Shown: positions 1 to 11,800 of the stretch, piece by piece
How the letters are laid out: every line of letters starts with the position of its first letter
Position numbering within the stretch: position 1 is the first letter of the stretch
Origin: Octopus sinensis
Taxonomy: Eukaryota
DNA length: 64,000 nt
NCBI RefSeq assembly: GCF_006345805.1
Contig: NC_043003.1
Span: 3,596,001 to 3,660,000, forward strand
Direction: 5' to 3'
Notes under the pieces: generated by a model
What the model was told of the DNA's origin: nothing
Database searches by the model: none
What the model saw: only the letters and a program-made list of their open reading frames with translations
Position numbers and translations under genes: made by a program

Positions 1-492
1 TATATTTATATATATATTATATATATAATATATATATAATATATATATATTATATAAAATATATATATATCAAAAATAAGGGTGAAAAAAATTGGATATT
101 AATTAATACATCAGGACAAGTGAGCCCAGCCCACCTATGAATGCCTTTCCTCCCTTGGACACAAAGACCTGTTGAGGCAAGCGAAGTCGATATCGAACCT
201 CATCCGACGACAGGCACCCGTGCCAACCCCTTTGCTTGCGAAGACATGTTGGGGCAAGTGAAATCGGAATCGAAATTGAACCAATCCTATGAATGGCACC
301 CGGCAGATGCCAGGACCTCTGGACTGGTGGTACGTAAAAAGCACTATCCGAATCGTTGCCGATGCCAGCGCCGCCTCGACTGGCTTCCGTGCCGGTGGCA
401 CGTAAAATGCACCAATCCGACCGTGGCTGTTGCCAGCCTCGCCTGGCACCTGTGCGGGTGGCATGTAAAAAGCACCACTACACTCATATATG

Positions 493-589
<97 letters not shown>

Positions 590-962
590 GTAATATATAT
601 ATATTTATATATGAGTTGTCTAAGAGACCATATGTCAGGGAGAAGATGCACTCGCATAACTGTTTGTAGAATGGGTATATTGTCTGAATTTATAGTGTTA
701 ATTATCCCTCATGGCTGATCTTAGCAAAGTTTTCATGTGAAATCATATAATGGAGGGTTAGGCAACAAACCATTTATAGCGGAGAGTGGTTGCCATCTCC
801 CCTTCCATGTTGGCTATCTCCGAATTAAAATATATAATATAAATTATATAATATATAAAATATAAAATATATAAATATATAAAATATAAAATATAAGATA
901 TAAAATATAAAATATATAATATGCAAAATATAATATATAATATATATAATATATAATATATA

Positions 963-2752
963 TATCATCATCATCATCATCATCATTTAGCGTCCGTTTT
1001 CCATGCTAGCATGGTTGGACGGTTCAACTGGGGTCTGGGGAGCCCGAAGCTGCACCAGGCCAGTCAGATCTGGCAGTGTTCTACAGCTGGATGCCCTTCC
1101 TAACGCCAACCACTCCGAGAGTGTAGTGGGTGATTTATGTGCCACCGACACAGGTGCCAGACGAGGCTGGCGAACGGCCACGCTCGATGGTGTTTTTATG
1201 TGCCACCGACACAGGTGCCAGACGAGCTGGCAGACGGCCACGCTCGGATGGTGTTTTTATGTGCCACCGACACAGGTGCCAGATGAGGCTGGCAGGTGCC
1301 AGACGAGGCTGGCAGACGGCCACGCTCGGATGGTGTTTTTATGTGCCACCGACACAGGTGCCAGATGAGGCTGGCGGACGGCCACGATCGGATGGTGTTT
1401 GTTACAGACGAGGCTGGCAGACGGCCACGCTCGGATGGTGTTTTTATGTGCCACCGACACAGGTGCCAGATGAGGCTGGCAGGTGCCAGACGAGGCTGGC
1501 AGACGGCCACGCTCGGATGGTGTTTTTATGTGCCACCGACACAGGTGCCAGATGAGGCTGGCGGACGGCCACGATCGGATGGTGTTTGTTACGTCCCCAA
1601 AGCACGGAGGCCAGTCTATGTGGTACTGGCTACGGCCACGTTCGGATGATTTTCTTGTGTGCCACCGCACTGGTACCACAAAGATACAAATTCCATTTAT
1701 GTTCATCTATTTTGATTTGTTTTGATTTGATTTGATTTGATTTTCACTTGCCTCAACAGGTCTTCACAAGTGTCACAAGAAGGAAGGTATGCACAGGTGG
1801 ACTGTCTACGTCGCCGGTCTTCGGATGGTGTCTTTATGTGCCACCGACACAGGTGCCAGATGTGGCTGGCGAACGGCCACGATCGGATGGTTTTCTTGTG
1901 TGCCACCGGTACTGGAACCACAAAGATACAAATTCCATTGATGTTCATCTATTTTGATTTGGTTTGATTTTCACTTGCCTCAACAGGTCTTCACAAGTGT
2001 CACGCGTGTCACACACTTGCCTCAACAGGTCTCCACAATGTCACACACTTGCCTCTGCCTCAACAGGTCTTCACAAGTGTCACACACTTGCCTCTGCCTC
2101 AACAGGTCTTCACAAGTGTCATAAGAGGGAGGTATGCACAGGTGGACTGACTACGTCGCCGGGTCTTTGGATGGTGTTTTTATGTGCCACCGACACAGGT
2201 GCCAGGTGAGGCTGGCGAACGGCCACGATCAGATGGTGTTTGTTGTGCCCACAGCACCAGATGGTGTTTGTTGTGCCCACAGCACGGAGGCCAGTCGATG
2301 CGGTACCAGCTACGGCCACGTTCGGATGGTTTTCTTGTGTGCCACCGGTACTGGAACCACAAAGATACAAATTCCATTGATATTCATCTATTTTGATTTG
2401 GTTTGATTTTCACTTGCCTCAACAGGTCTTCACAAGGGTCACACACTTGCCTCAACAGGTCTCCACAAGTGTCACACACTTGCCTCTGCCTCAACAGGTC
2501 TTCACAAGTGTCACACACTTGCCTCAACAGGTCTTCACAAGTGTCATAAGAGGGAAGGTATGCACAGGTGGACTGACTACGTCGCCGGGTCTTCGGATGG
2601 TGTCTTTATGTGCCACCGGCACAGGTGCCAGATGAGGCTGGCGAACGGCCACGATCGGATGGTGTTTGTTGTTGTGCCCACAGCACGGAAGGCCATCGAT
2701 GCGGTACTGGTTACGGCCACGTTTGGGTGGTTTTCTTGTGTGCCACCGGCAC
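963..2752 (-). mobile_element. RTE 3'-UTR copy with expanded nested tandem repeats
   Basis: (CAT)n tail plus the RTE 3' end; ~62-bp unit array 1130-1620; threefold repeat of a longer block with an internal 24/30-bp unit. Confidence 0.85.
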
Positions 2753-3267
2753 AAAATATATAAAATATATAAAATATAAAATATAAAATATAAAATATAT
2801 AAAATATATAAAATTATATAATGGAGTATTAGGCAACAAACCATTTATAGCGGAGAGTGGTTGCCATCTCCCCTTCCATGTTGGCTATCTCTCCGAATTA
2901 AAATATATGATGATGATGAATATAAATTATATAATATATAAAATATATAAAAATATAAGATATATAAAATATATAAAATATATAATATGCAAAATATATA
3001 TATAATAATATTATAATATATATATATATATATAATTATAATATATAATATATAAAATATATAAAATATAAAATATATAAAATATAAAATATATAAAATA
3101 AAATATAAAATATATAAAATATATAAAATTATATAATGGAGTATTAGGCAACAAACCATTTATAGTGGAGAGTGGTTGCCATCTCCCCTTCCATGTTGGC
3201 TATCTCTGATGAGCGTATATTATATAACTGGTTTGTTGCCTAACACTCCTCCGTTATAAAAATTTCA

Positions 3268-3485
3268 CAAAGGCAGCGAGCTGGCAGAAACGTTAGCACA
3301 CCAGGCGAAATACTTAGTGGTACTTCGTCTGTCTTTACGTTCTGAGTTCAAATCCCACCAAGGTCTACTTTGCCTTTCATCCTTTTGAGGTCGATAAATT
3401 AAGTACCAGTTGCGTGCTGGGTTCGATCTAATCGACTGGACCCCTCCCCAAAAATTTTGGGTCTTGTGCCTAGAGTAGAAAAGTT
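3268..3485 (+). mobile_element. tRNA-derived SINE family B. Other copies near 6908-7115 (+), 15990-16225 (-), 32400-32610 (-), 44700-45385 (-, cluster), 55465-56300 (+, cluster)
   Basis: tRNA-like head (GAGCTGGCAGAA..GAGTTCAAAT) and core GTCGACTTTGCCTTTCATCCTTTCGGGGTCGATAA..AGTACC resembling a Deu/Nin-type SINE domain. Confidence 0.85.
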
Positions 3486-3579
3486 TATATAATTCCATGC
3501 AAAACCAATTGGTAAGACCAACCATGATGGTTAATTAACACTATAAAATTCAGACTCCCTCCTCTCTCTATATATATAT

Positions 3580-3626
<47 letters not shown>

Positions 3627-3819
3627 GTGACCTCGTGTGTACCGTTGGCGATTTTTTTTTTTTCCTCTGTCTTCCCTTCTCTGGATCTTTCCTTCTCCTA
3701 TGTTTCCGACGAAGAGCTCCGCTCAAAACATTAAACCCTCCTTCTTTCCTGAGCGTCCAATAATACTATATTTCTTCCACGTCCTTGTGTTGTGTTTTTT
3801 TGTGCTTTCTTGTTTGGAT

Positions 3820-3861
<42 letters not shown>

Positions 3862-3895
3862 TTTATCTACATATCTATCTCTATATATATATGCA

Positions 3896-3974
<79 letters not shown>

Positions 3975-4240
3975 ACCTCGTGTGTACCGTTGGCGATTTT
4001 TTTTTTTTCCTCTGTCTTCCCTTCTCTGGATCTTTCCTTCTCCTATGTTTCCGACGAAGAGCTCCGCTCAAAACATTAACCCTCCTTCTTTCCTGAGCGT
4101 CCAATAATACTATATTTCTTCCACGTCCTTGTGTTGTGTTTTTTTGTGCTTTCTTGTTTGGATTAACTATATATATATATATATATTATATATATATATA
4201 TATGCATTTATCTACATATCTATCTCTATATATATATGCA

Positions 4241-4290
<50 letters not shown>
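3627..4290 (+). repeat. Tandem duplication (period ~345 bp) of a PLE-terminus-like unit with decayed hammerhead motifs (3702-3736, 4047-4080)
   Basis: Near-identical unique segments separated by (TA)n/(CT)n; homologous single copy at 22104-22320. Confidence 0.85.
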
Positions 4291-4295
<5 letters not shown>

Positions 4296-4849
4296 TATAT
4301 GTATATCTATCTATTTATTTTTCTTTCTCACATCTATCTGTCTGTCTCTGCTTCCATGTGTGTGTGTGTGTATGTGTGTGTGTATCTGTCTCTGTTTATT
4401 TGTCTGTCTGTGTATGTCTTTCCGAAAGGATGTAAGCAGCTGTGAGAAAAATGGGAAACCGGGTGCTGTAATGAAGTCCCTTGAGATATTTTGCTTTGCA
4501 TTGTGTCACTGATACTCCCTTTTCACTTTCGTCATCAAAACCAAAGGGAAACAGTGAGTTTGATGTTGGGAACCTGTCACCATGACAACAATTTTATGGT
4601 TCAGAAATTGAGATAGAATTTTAAGAAAAAGGGATATAAAGGGGGAGGGTGTAATTAAGGAGGGCGATGGGGATGGGTAATTAAGGAGGGAGGTGAAGGA
4701 GGTGTAATTAAAGTGGGATATGGGGAGGTTTAATTGAAGAGGGGGTGGGAGATGTGTAATGAAAGAGGGGTGGGGGAGGCGTAATTAAAGAGGCAAGTGG
4801 GGTGGTGTAATTAACAACAAAGACTAAATAAATGTTATAATGTTATAGT

Positions 4850-4855
4850 TTTATT
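4850..4855 (-). terminator. Candidate polyadenylation signal (AATAAA) about 80 nt after the TRP stop
   Basis: Plus-strand tttatt; first AATAAA downstream of the stop. The motif is common in AT-rich DNA. Confidence 0.35.
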
Positions 4856-4936
4856 TATAAGTGTTGTTGTTGTTGTGGTTGTCTTCAATTAACCCCCCCC
4901 ATCTCATCCCAATCCCCCATCATACACCCCCACCCA

Positions 4937-5041
4937 TCAGTTGTAAGCATCATGGATTCTGGCAGCTTCCTGTACAATAACAGCTTCATTCCCGACCAAC
5001 TTCACATACGGGGACACTTCTTTCCACTTCACACTGGCGTC
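4937..5041 (-). CDS. TRP terminal exon 23 (105 nt): [34 protein letters not shown]
   Basis: ttgcag acceptor; resembles the NUDT9 C-terminus (VKW...L......A...DA.W); TGA at 4937-4939. Confidence 0.9.
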   Translation of the reverse strand, partial: DASVKWKEVSPYVKLVGNEAVIVQEAARIHDAYN

Positions 5042-5104
5042 CTGCAAAGAACAACAGCAACAACAAGATCAAATAAGAATACTATTGTAAAACACAATGC
5101 ACAT

Positions 5105-5142
<38 letters not shown>

Positions 5143-8100
5143 GATGTGTGTATGGATGGATGTGTGTGTGTGTATAAATGGATGGATTTGTGTGTATGTA
5201 AATGGATGGATGTGTGTGTCTATGGATGGATATATGTGTCTATGGATGAATGTGTGTGTGTATGAATGGATGTGTGTGGGTACCTTTTATGAGAAGGTAT
5301 GAATCATCATCATCATCATCGTTTAACGTCCGCTTTCCATGCTAGCATGGGTTGGACAGTTCAACTGGGGTCTGGGAAGCCAGGAGGCTGCGCCAGGTCC
5401 AGTCTGATCTGGCAGTGTTTCTACAGCTGGATGCCCTTCCTAACGCCAACCACTCTGAGAGTGTAGTGGGTGCTTTTTATGTGCCACCTGCACAGGTGCC
5501 AGACAAGGCTGGCAAACGGCCACGATCGGATGGTGCTTTTTACGTGCCACCGGCACGGGGGGAATAATTTACATAATTATATTTAGACACATGTATAAAT
5601 TTATAATGTGGCTGAATTCCTTTTGAGCGTTGTACCACATGGAGGCAAAAAGTGGCTGAGCTCCTTTCAAGTGTTGGACCTTGACTGAGTCCTTTGGCAT
5701 TACATCGTGCTTGAGAAGAAGACCCATCAAGCCAAGCAAAATCGCTGTTGTGGCAGAGACTGGTGTCACTCAAAGAGTTCAGTCAATATTCATGTTGAGT
5801 GATATGATTAAGCTTACTCAACACACACACACACACACACACAAAACAAACAGGACAGTGAATAGACTTCATATAAGATATTAATGACTAATGACTCTTG
5901 TGCACAAACATATCCATTGAAGAGAACCATTGATCTGTGTCTTGCAAGGGAACTGCTTTACCAATTACGCAACAAGTCTTTTACCATTCCATCTCATCAG
6001 AGAACGCATCACCATCACTACTCAGCATCTGTTTCCCATGCTGGCATGGATTGGATGGTTTGACAGGAGCTGGTGAGCCAGAGGCCTGCATCGAATCCCC
6101 AGCAATGTCTTGACATGGTTTCTCTCGCTGCATGCCCTTCCTAACACTTTAATATAATGAAATTATTGTATACAGTGCTCAGGTGCACCACAACTTGTCC
6201 AAAGTGTGTATAAAGCATATGCAGTAATGTACAAATGTCTGGGAAGCGAACAGAACAATGTATGAGTCAGATACATGCTTGTGTGTGTATGGAGGGGAGA
6301 AAATCAGGTGTAGTGTTGGCGAATCTCAGGAAGCATGGAAGTTTTGAAGGATGCAGTGCTCCGACAACTAACAACTGATTCCGGCAGTTTGTTCCATGCT
6401 TCAGCAACTCTCAGCGTGAAAAAATGTTTCCTAAAGTCATGGGAGCCGTGCTGTTTTCTGACTTTGTAAATATGTCCACGGGTGTTAGGGTGTAAGGGGT
6501 GCTTTTTATGTGGCACCAGCATCAGTGAGGTCACCAGTAACTCTTAAGGCATGAGCCCTCAACTGAGGTGAGAAGTAGTATTGAGGGAAGTGAGTTAGTA
6601 CTTGGTGATGAGAGGTTAAAGTGTGACAAACAGGAACAGGAACAATAGTCTTGCTGTAGGGGAGTTGTGTGCTTTACACATCAGACTCTTTACTATTCCA
6701 TCTTCTCAGATCCATTATTATAAAACATTTCTATTTTTGACTCTTCTGTTTTATCTTCACAACATAGGTGGTCAGTCACGTAATGCTAGCAGGATGGGTT
6801 ATTTTATTAATGTGCAATGCGTAACTGATAATATGTTTGCTTGCCAGGTGATAGGTACACAGTTCAAATCCTATCAGTTGTCTTGGTTGTCTAAAATTCT
6901 TTACATAAAGGCAGTGAGCTGGCAGAATCATTAGCACGCTGGGCGAAATGCTTAGCGGTATTTTACCTGTCTTTACATTCTGAGTTCAAATTCTGCCAAG
7001 GTTGACTTTGCCTTTCATTTGATAAATTAAGTACCAGTTGCGTACTGGAGTTGATTTAATCGACTGGCCCCCTCCCAAAAAATTTTGGGCCTTGTGCCTA
7101 GAGTAGAAAAGAATATTCCCCACATAACTATCTGAGGAGTTAATTAGAGTTGATTAGTGTTAATTGGTTAATTAAAGTTACTTACTTCTAGTATACGACT
7201 ATCAAAGGTGTCTGCAAAGTCATAGTGAAAATTCCAGACTTCAGCTTCTACCCATGCATTGTCCGTATTTCTTGGATCATCAACGTAACCTTTGTAAAGC
7301 AGACAGGCTGAGAAGCCCTGGTTATCTTGTTCTGTGCGAAGACTTGTTCTTGAACCAGACAACATTGGCAGCATTGTCTGACTGGTCGAGCGGGATGGAC
7401 TGGACAGTGATGCTGAACTGCGGGGACAGTGAGTCGAAGTCGCAAACTGGGCATAAAACTGTAAAGAACAAAATCAAAAACATTTAACAGGGACTTTTGC
7501 GTAGTTTGGTCAGCGCCACCAACACCTTGGTAACTCTAAGTGCTCTCATTAACTGTTTAACTGGACGTATCCAGCCCAATTATTCTACCTGTTTTGTGTT
7601 CAATATGAGGAGAGTTGGCTTCTCACACCTACCCTACAATGTCATTCTAAAAGTAAACAATCACATCATCAAAATCTTGAATCTATGAGATAATCCATGA
7701 TTAATCCAAAACAATGTGAATAAATAAGGATTAGCATTTGACAGAGAAATCTAAATTCCAATGGGTTAACTGTCATATGTCCATGGCTTTTATCTTTAAT
7801 CTTTCACTTGTTTTACTCATTAGACTGCGGCCATGCTGGGGCATCACCTTGAAGAATTTTTAGTGAAATGAATCGCCCCCCCCCCCCGTTACTTCCTTTT
7901 TATTAAGTCTGGTACATATTCTATCAGTCTATCTTGCTGAACTGCTAAGTCAGGAGGATGTTAACATGCCAACACCAGTGGTTAAGTGGTGGTGGGGGAA
8001 CAAACACCGACACAAAGACACACACACACACCACACACACACACGATGGGCTTCTTTCAGATTCTGTCAACCAAATCCACTCACAAAGCATTGATTGATC

Positions 8101-8769
8101 CAAGACTAGAGCAGAAAAAACTCTTGCTGAGGTGCCACACAGCGGAACTGAACCTGGAACCATGTGGTCTGGGAAGCAGATTTCTTATCACACTGTTCAT
8201 AGCTGTACCTGTCGGTAATTATTCCATCTGATTTGGTTCAATGATGATTTTATACACAGGCACAGGTGTGGCTGTGTGGCAAGAAGCTTGCTTCCCAACA
8301 ACATGGTTCCAGGTTCAGTCCCATTGTGTGGCACCTTGGGCATGTGTCTTCTGCTATAGCCTCAGGTCAACAAAACCCTTGTGAGTGGATTTGGCAGATG
8401 GAAACTGAAAGAAGCCCATTGTATATATATATATATATATATATATCATCATCATTGTCGTTGTTTAACGACCGCTTTCCATGCTGGCATGGGTTGGACA
8501 GTTTGACTGAGGACTGGCGAGCTAGAAGGCTGCATTAGGCTCCAATCCAATCTGGCAATGTTTCTACAGCTGGATGCCCTTCCTAATGCCAACCACTCCG
8601 AGAGTGTAGTGGGTGCTTTTTATGTGCCACCCGCACAGGTGCCAGACAGAGCTGGCAAACGGCCATGAACAGATGGTGCTTTTTATGTGCCGGTGGCACA
8701 TAAAAAGCACCATCCATTCGTGGCCGTTTGCCAGCTCTGTCTGGCACCTGTGTGGGTGGCACGTAAAAA

Positions 8770-8809
<40 letters not shown>

Positions 8810-11800
8810 GTGTGTGTGTGTATGTGTGTGTGTGTATATATATGTGTATATATATATATGTATTTGTGCGTTGTGTGTCTGTGTTAGTCCCCACCACCAT
8901 CGCTTGACAGTTCAGCAAAAGAGACTGATAGAATAAGTACTAGGCTTACAAAGAATAACTCCTGGGGCTGATTTGTTCAACTAAAGGTGGTGCTCCAGCA
9001 TGGCCGCAGTCGAATGACTGAAACAAATAAAAGAGTAAAACAGAGACACATGATTCAACATGGTTCTAGCGATTGGGTCACTACTGGCAATATCGACTCC
9101 AGTATTTATCTTGTGGGTCCCTTCACTTCAAAAGATGCGAGTTGATGATGGCAGGATTTGAACTCTGTAAAGACATACAACTAAATATCACAAAGCTTTT
9201 TCTATGATGCTCTGCTGACTCTTTTAAAATGGTGCAAGATTACAGATTTGGAGGAGGGTGGTTGTTGTTGTTAAGCAACAAGACGGGTAAGGGTGGTTAG
9301 GTAATGGTCTAGAGTTTAGGGGTGGGAGACCCCAGATCTTGGAGAAAAAAAAAACTCTGGTCGTCTTGTTGTAGTCGAGGGCTCTTCGTTGATGCCTGAC
9401 ACCACTGGGAGGTGGCCCTCGAAGTCGCTGGAAATGGAGATCTCCAGGTCCAAATTCTTGAACGGCAGAGGAGGGTGGTGGTGGTATTGGTGGGGGTGGG
9501 GGTGGTGAAGTTGATTAAAAATGACCTCAGGATTTGGGAGATACCCGTTTTTATTGAACTCTAGAAGGATGAGAGGCAAAACAGAGCTGGGCAGAATTTG
9601 AACCCAGGGTATTAAGAACCAGAACAGCTACTGCCAGGCATTTTGTCTGATGTTTCCGAGGAGAGTTTGAGGAGAGATGCAAAAGGCCTGACAGTATGGC
9701 AATTTGCCCATTCTTGACCACAAAAACCTGTCCAGGAGCAGCCGATGCTTGGACAGTTTGCCTTTCTTGAACTGATGAGCAGCGAAGCCTGGGCTGGTGG
9801 CTGACCACACCATGTTGCTGCTGGAGTTGTCAAAGCATGAGGCATCGCAGATGAGGGGCTGACCACCACAGAATGGAAAAATTGCCAGACCATCAGGGCT
9901 TTTACCAATATTGAAGGGACAGTCACCTGTTCACCGCTGTCAGAGCAGAAACGGTTTTCTGCATGTGCAAGCTCCGTGAGTCAGTGTAGCTATTCCAGTG
10001 CATCTCCTTCGCCATCTCCCAGGGTAATTCCTTTTCCATTTCGTCCACTAAGACCACGAGACAGACTGACAAACCTTTTTAGATATTACTTGTTACTCAT
10101 GATTCTGTTCACCACCTTAAATTGAATAAGTCATATCAGACAGTCCCTTGTTTTTTTTTTAACCCCAGAATAATGAAAGACAAAGTCACCCTCACTGAGT
10201 TTGAACTCAGAACATTAAAGATGGAACTAAATGCCACCACAAAGTATATTGTCGACTGCTCTACTGATTTAGCCAGTTCCATTGCCCCAACTTGGATTCA
10301 GTAATAGCACCAACTATATTGGCCGGAAGGAGGAGACTGAGAGGCATTCATGCCTTTCCAAAGTGTTTAAACAAACTGAATTGGTTACAATCCCAGAACT
10401 GAAAGCAAATCACAAACTCAATTCTAAAGTAATTGATGCTTTCCTCAAAATTAATTGATCTTTTTCTCTAAAGGACACTTCATTAATAAAAAAGGTTTTG
10501 GTGATGCAAGGTCACACAACAGAAAGATGAGAGATTAAATCGATTAACCCCAGTATTTGATTAATCCCACTTATTATGCTAAGCCCTGTATTTAGTTAAT
10601 CCCAATATCTAATTAGAAATTATTTCACTGAGACATGGAGAGATGAAAGATAAATTTGATTTAAATGTGATTTGCAATTGTGGTTGTTTGTTAGGGTCAA
10701 GTAAGAGGAGGAGAAAAGGTAAGTGCTATGACCAATTTTTTTATGGTCTTTGCAAATGGTGGAAGGAAGTTATCTAGTGAGCAGGAACCTAGTTTGAGGG
10801 CCTGCAACCCTAAAGACAGCCAAGAATCAAATGGTGGCATTAAACTGCGAACCTGTTATTTCTAGTCTGCCACGTCTGTTGTGGCCCTTTGTCCTTTTAC
10901 TCTCCATTAATAACAACAATAACAACATACCTGGATCATGTCAGTTTGGTCAAGTTCAGTTTTCGAATCAACATCATGTTCATCAAATACAGATTTCATA
11001 AATGCTTCACACATCGTACTGTAAGGGGATGTCAAGCCATGAAGGGCATCCTGCATTGAAGTAATAAAATTTTTTTTAATATTTCATTGAAATTTATTAA
11101 TGATTAGGTCTAATGCATATCATTGTTTGGTGGACCTTTTCAGTGATACTAATTTTCTTGAACCCATTCCCACTGCTGCTTTATCTGACCCTTTTTATGG
11201 CTCTTTAAGGAATGTCTCTCTTTTGTCAAAGAATATAAGGGCAAAAAATTTTCAGGAGGGAGGCTTGTAACTCAAGGAAAATAAAGGGCCCTCAATGTTG
11301 CTTATACCTAGGGAGGCTGCTGCTCCATCAGCTGCTGCATAAACGTGTATCCGCTTCTCTATCCTCTTCCCCATCCAGTGACCCCAGACTGGTAGACCAA
11401 CCCCATCTAGTGACCCCAGACTGGTAGAACCAAATCCATCTAGTGACCCCAGACTGGTAGAATCAACCCCATCTAGTGACCCCAGACCGGTAGAACCAAC
11501 CCCATCTAGTGACCCCAGACTGGTAGAACCAACCCCATCTAGTGACCCCAGACTGGTAGAACCAACCCCATCTAGTGATCCCAGACTGGTAGAACCAACC
11601 CCATCTAGTGACCCCAGACTGGTAGAACCAACCCCATCTTGTGACCCCAGACTGGTAAAACCAAATCCATCTAGTGACCCCAGACTGGTAGAACCAACCC
11701 CATCTTGTGACCCCAGACTGGTAAAACCAAATCCATCTAGTGACCCCAGACTGGTAGAACCAACTCCATCTAGTGACCCCAGACTGGTACAACCAAATCC

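Noticed and set aside
1130-1620. CRISPR-like appearance of the ~62-bp and 33-bp arrays
   Set aside because: The units are contiguous with no unique spacers, no cas genes are present, and the context is eukaryotic.
987-2763. Overlapping Cys/His/Arg-rich ORFs (CHRHRCQ, VPPTQVP), also at 12624-13513
   Set aside because: Products of the RTE 3'-UTR minisatellite read in several frames on both strands; not zinc fingers.
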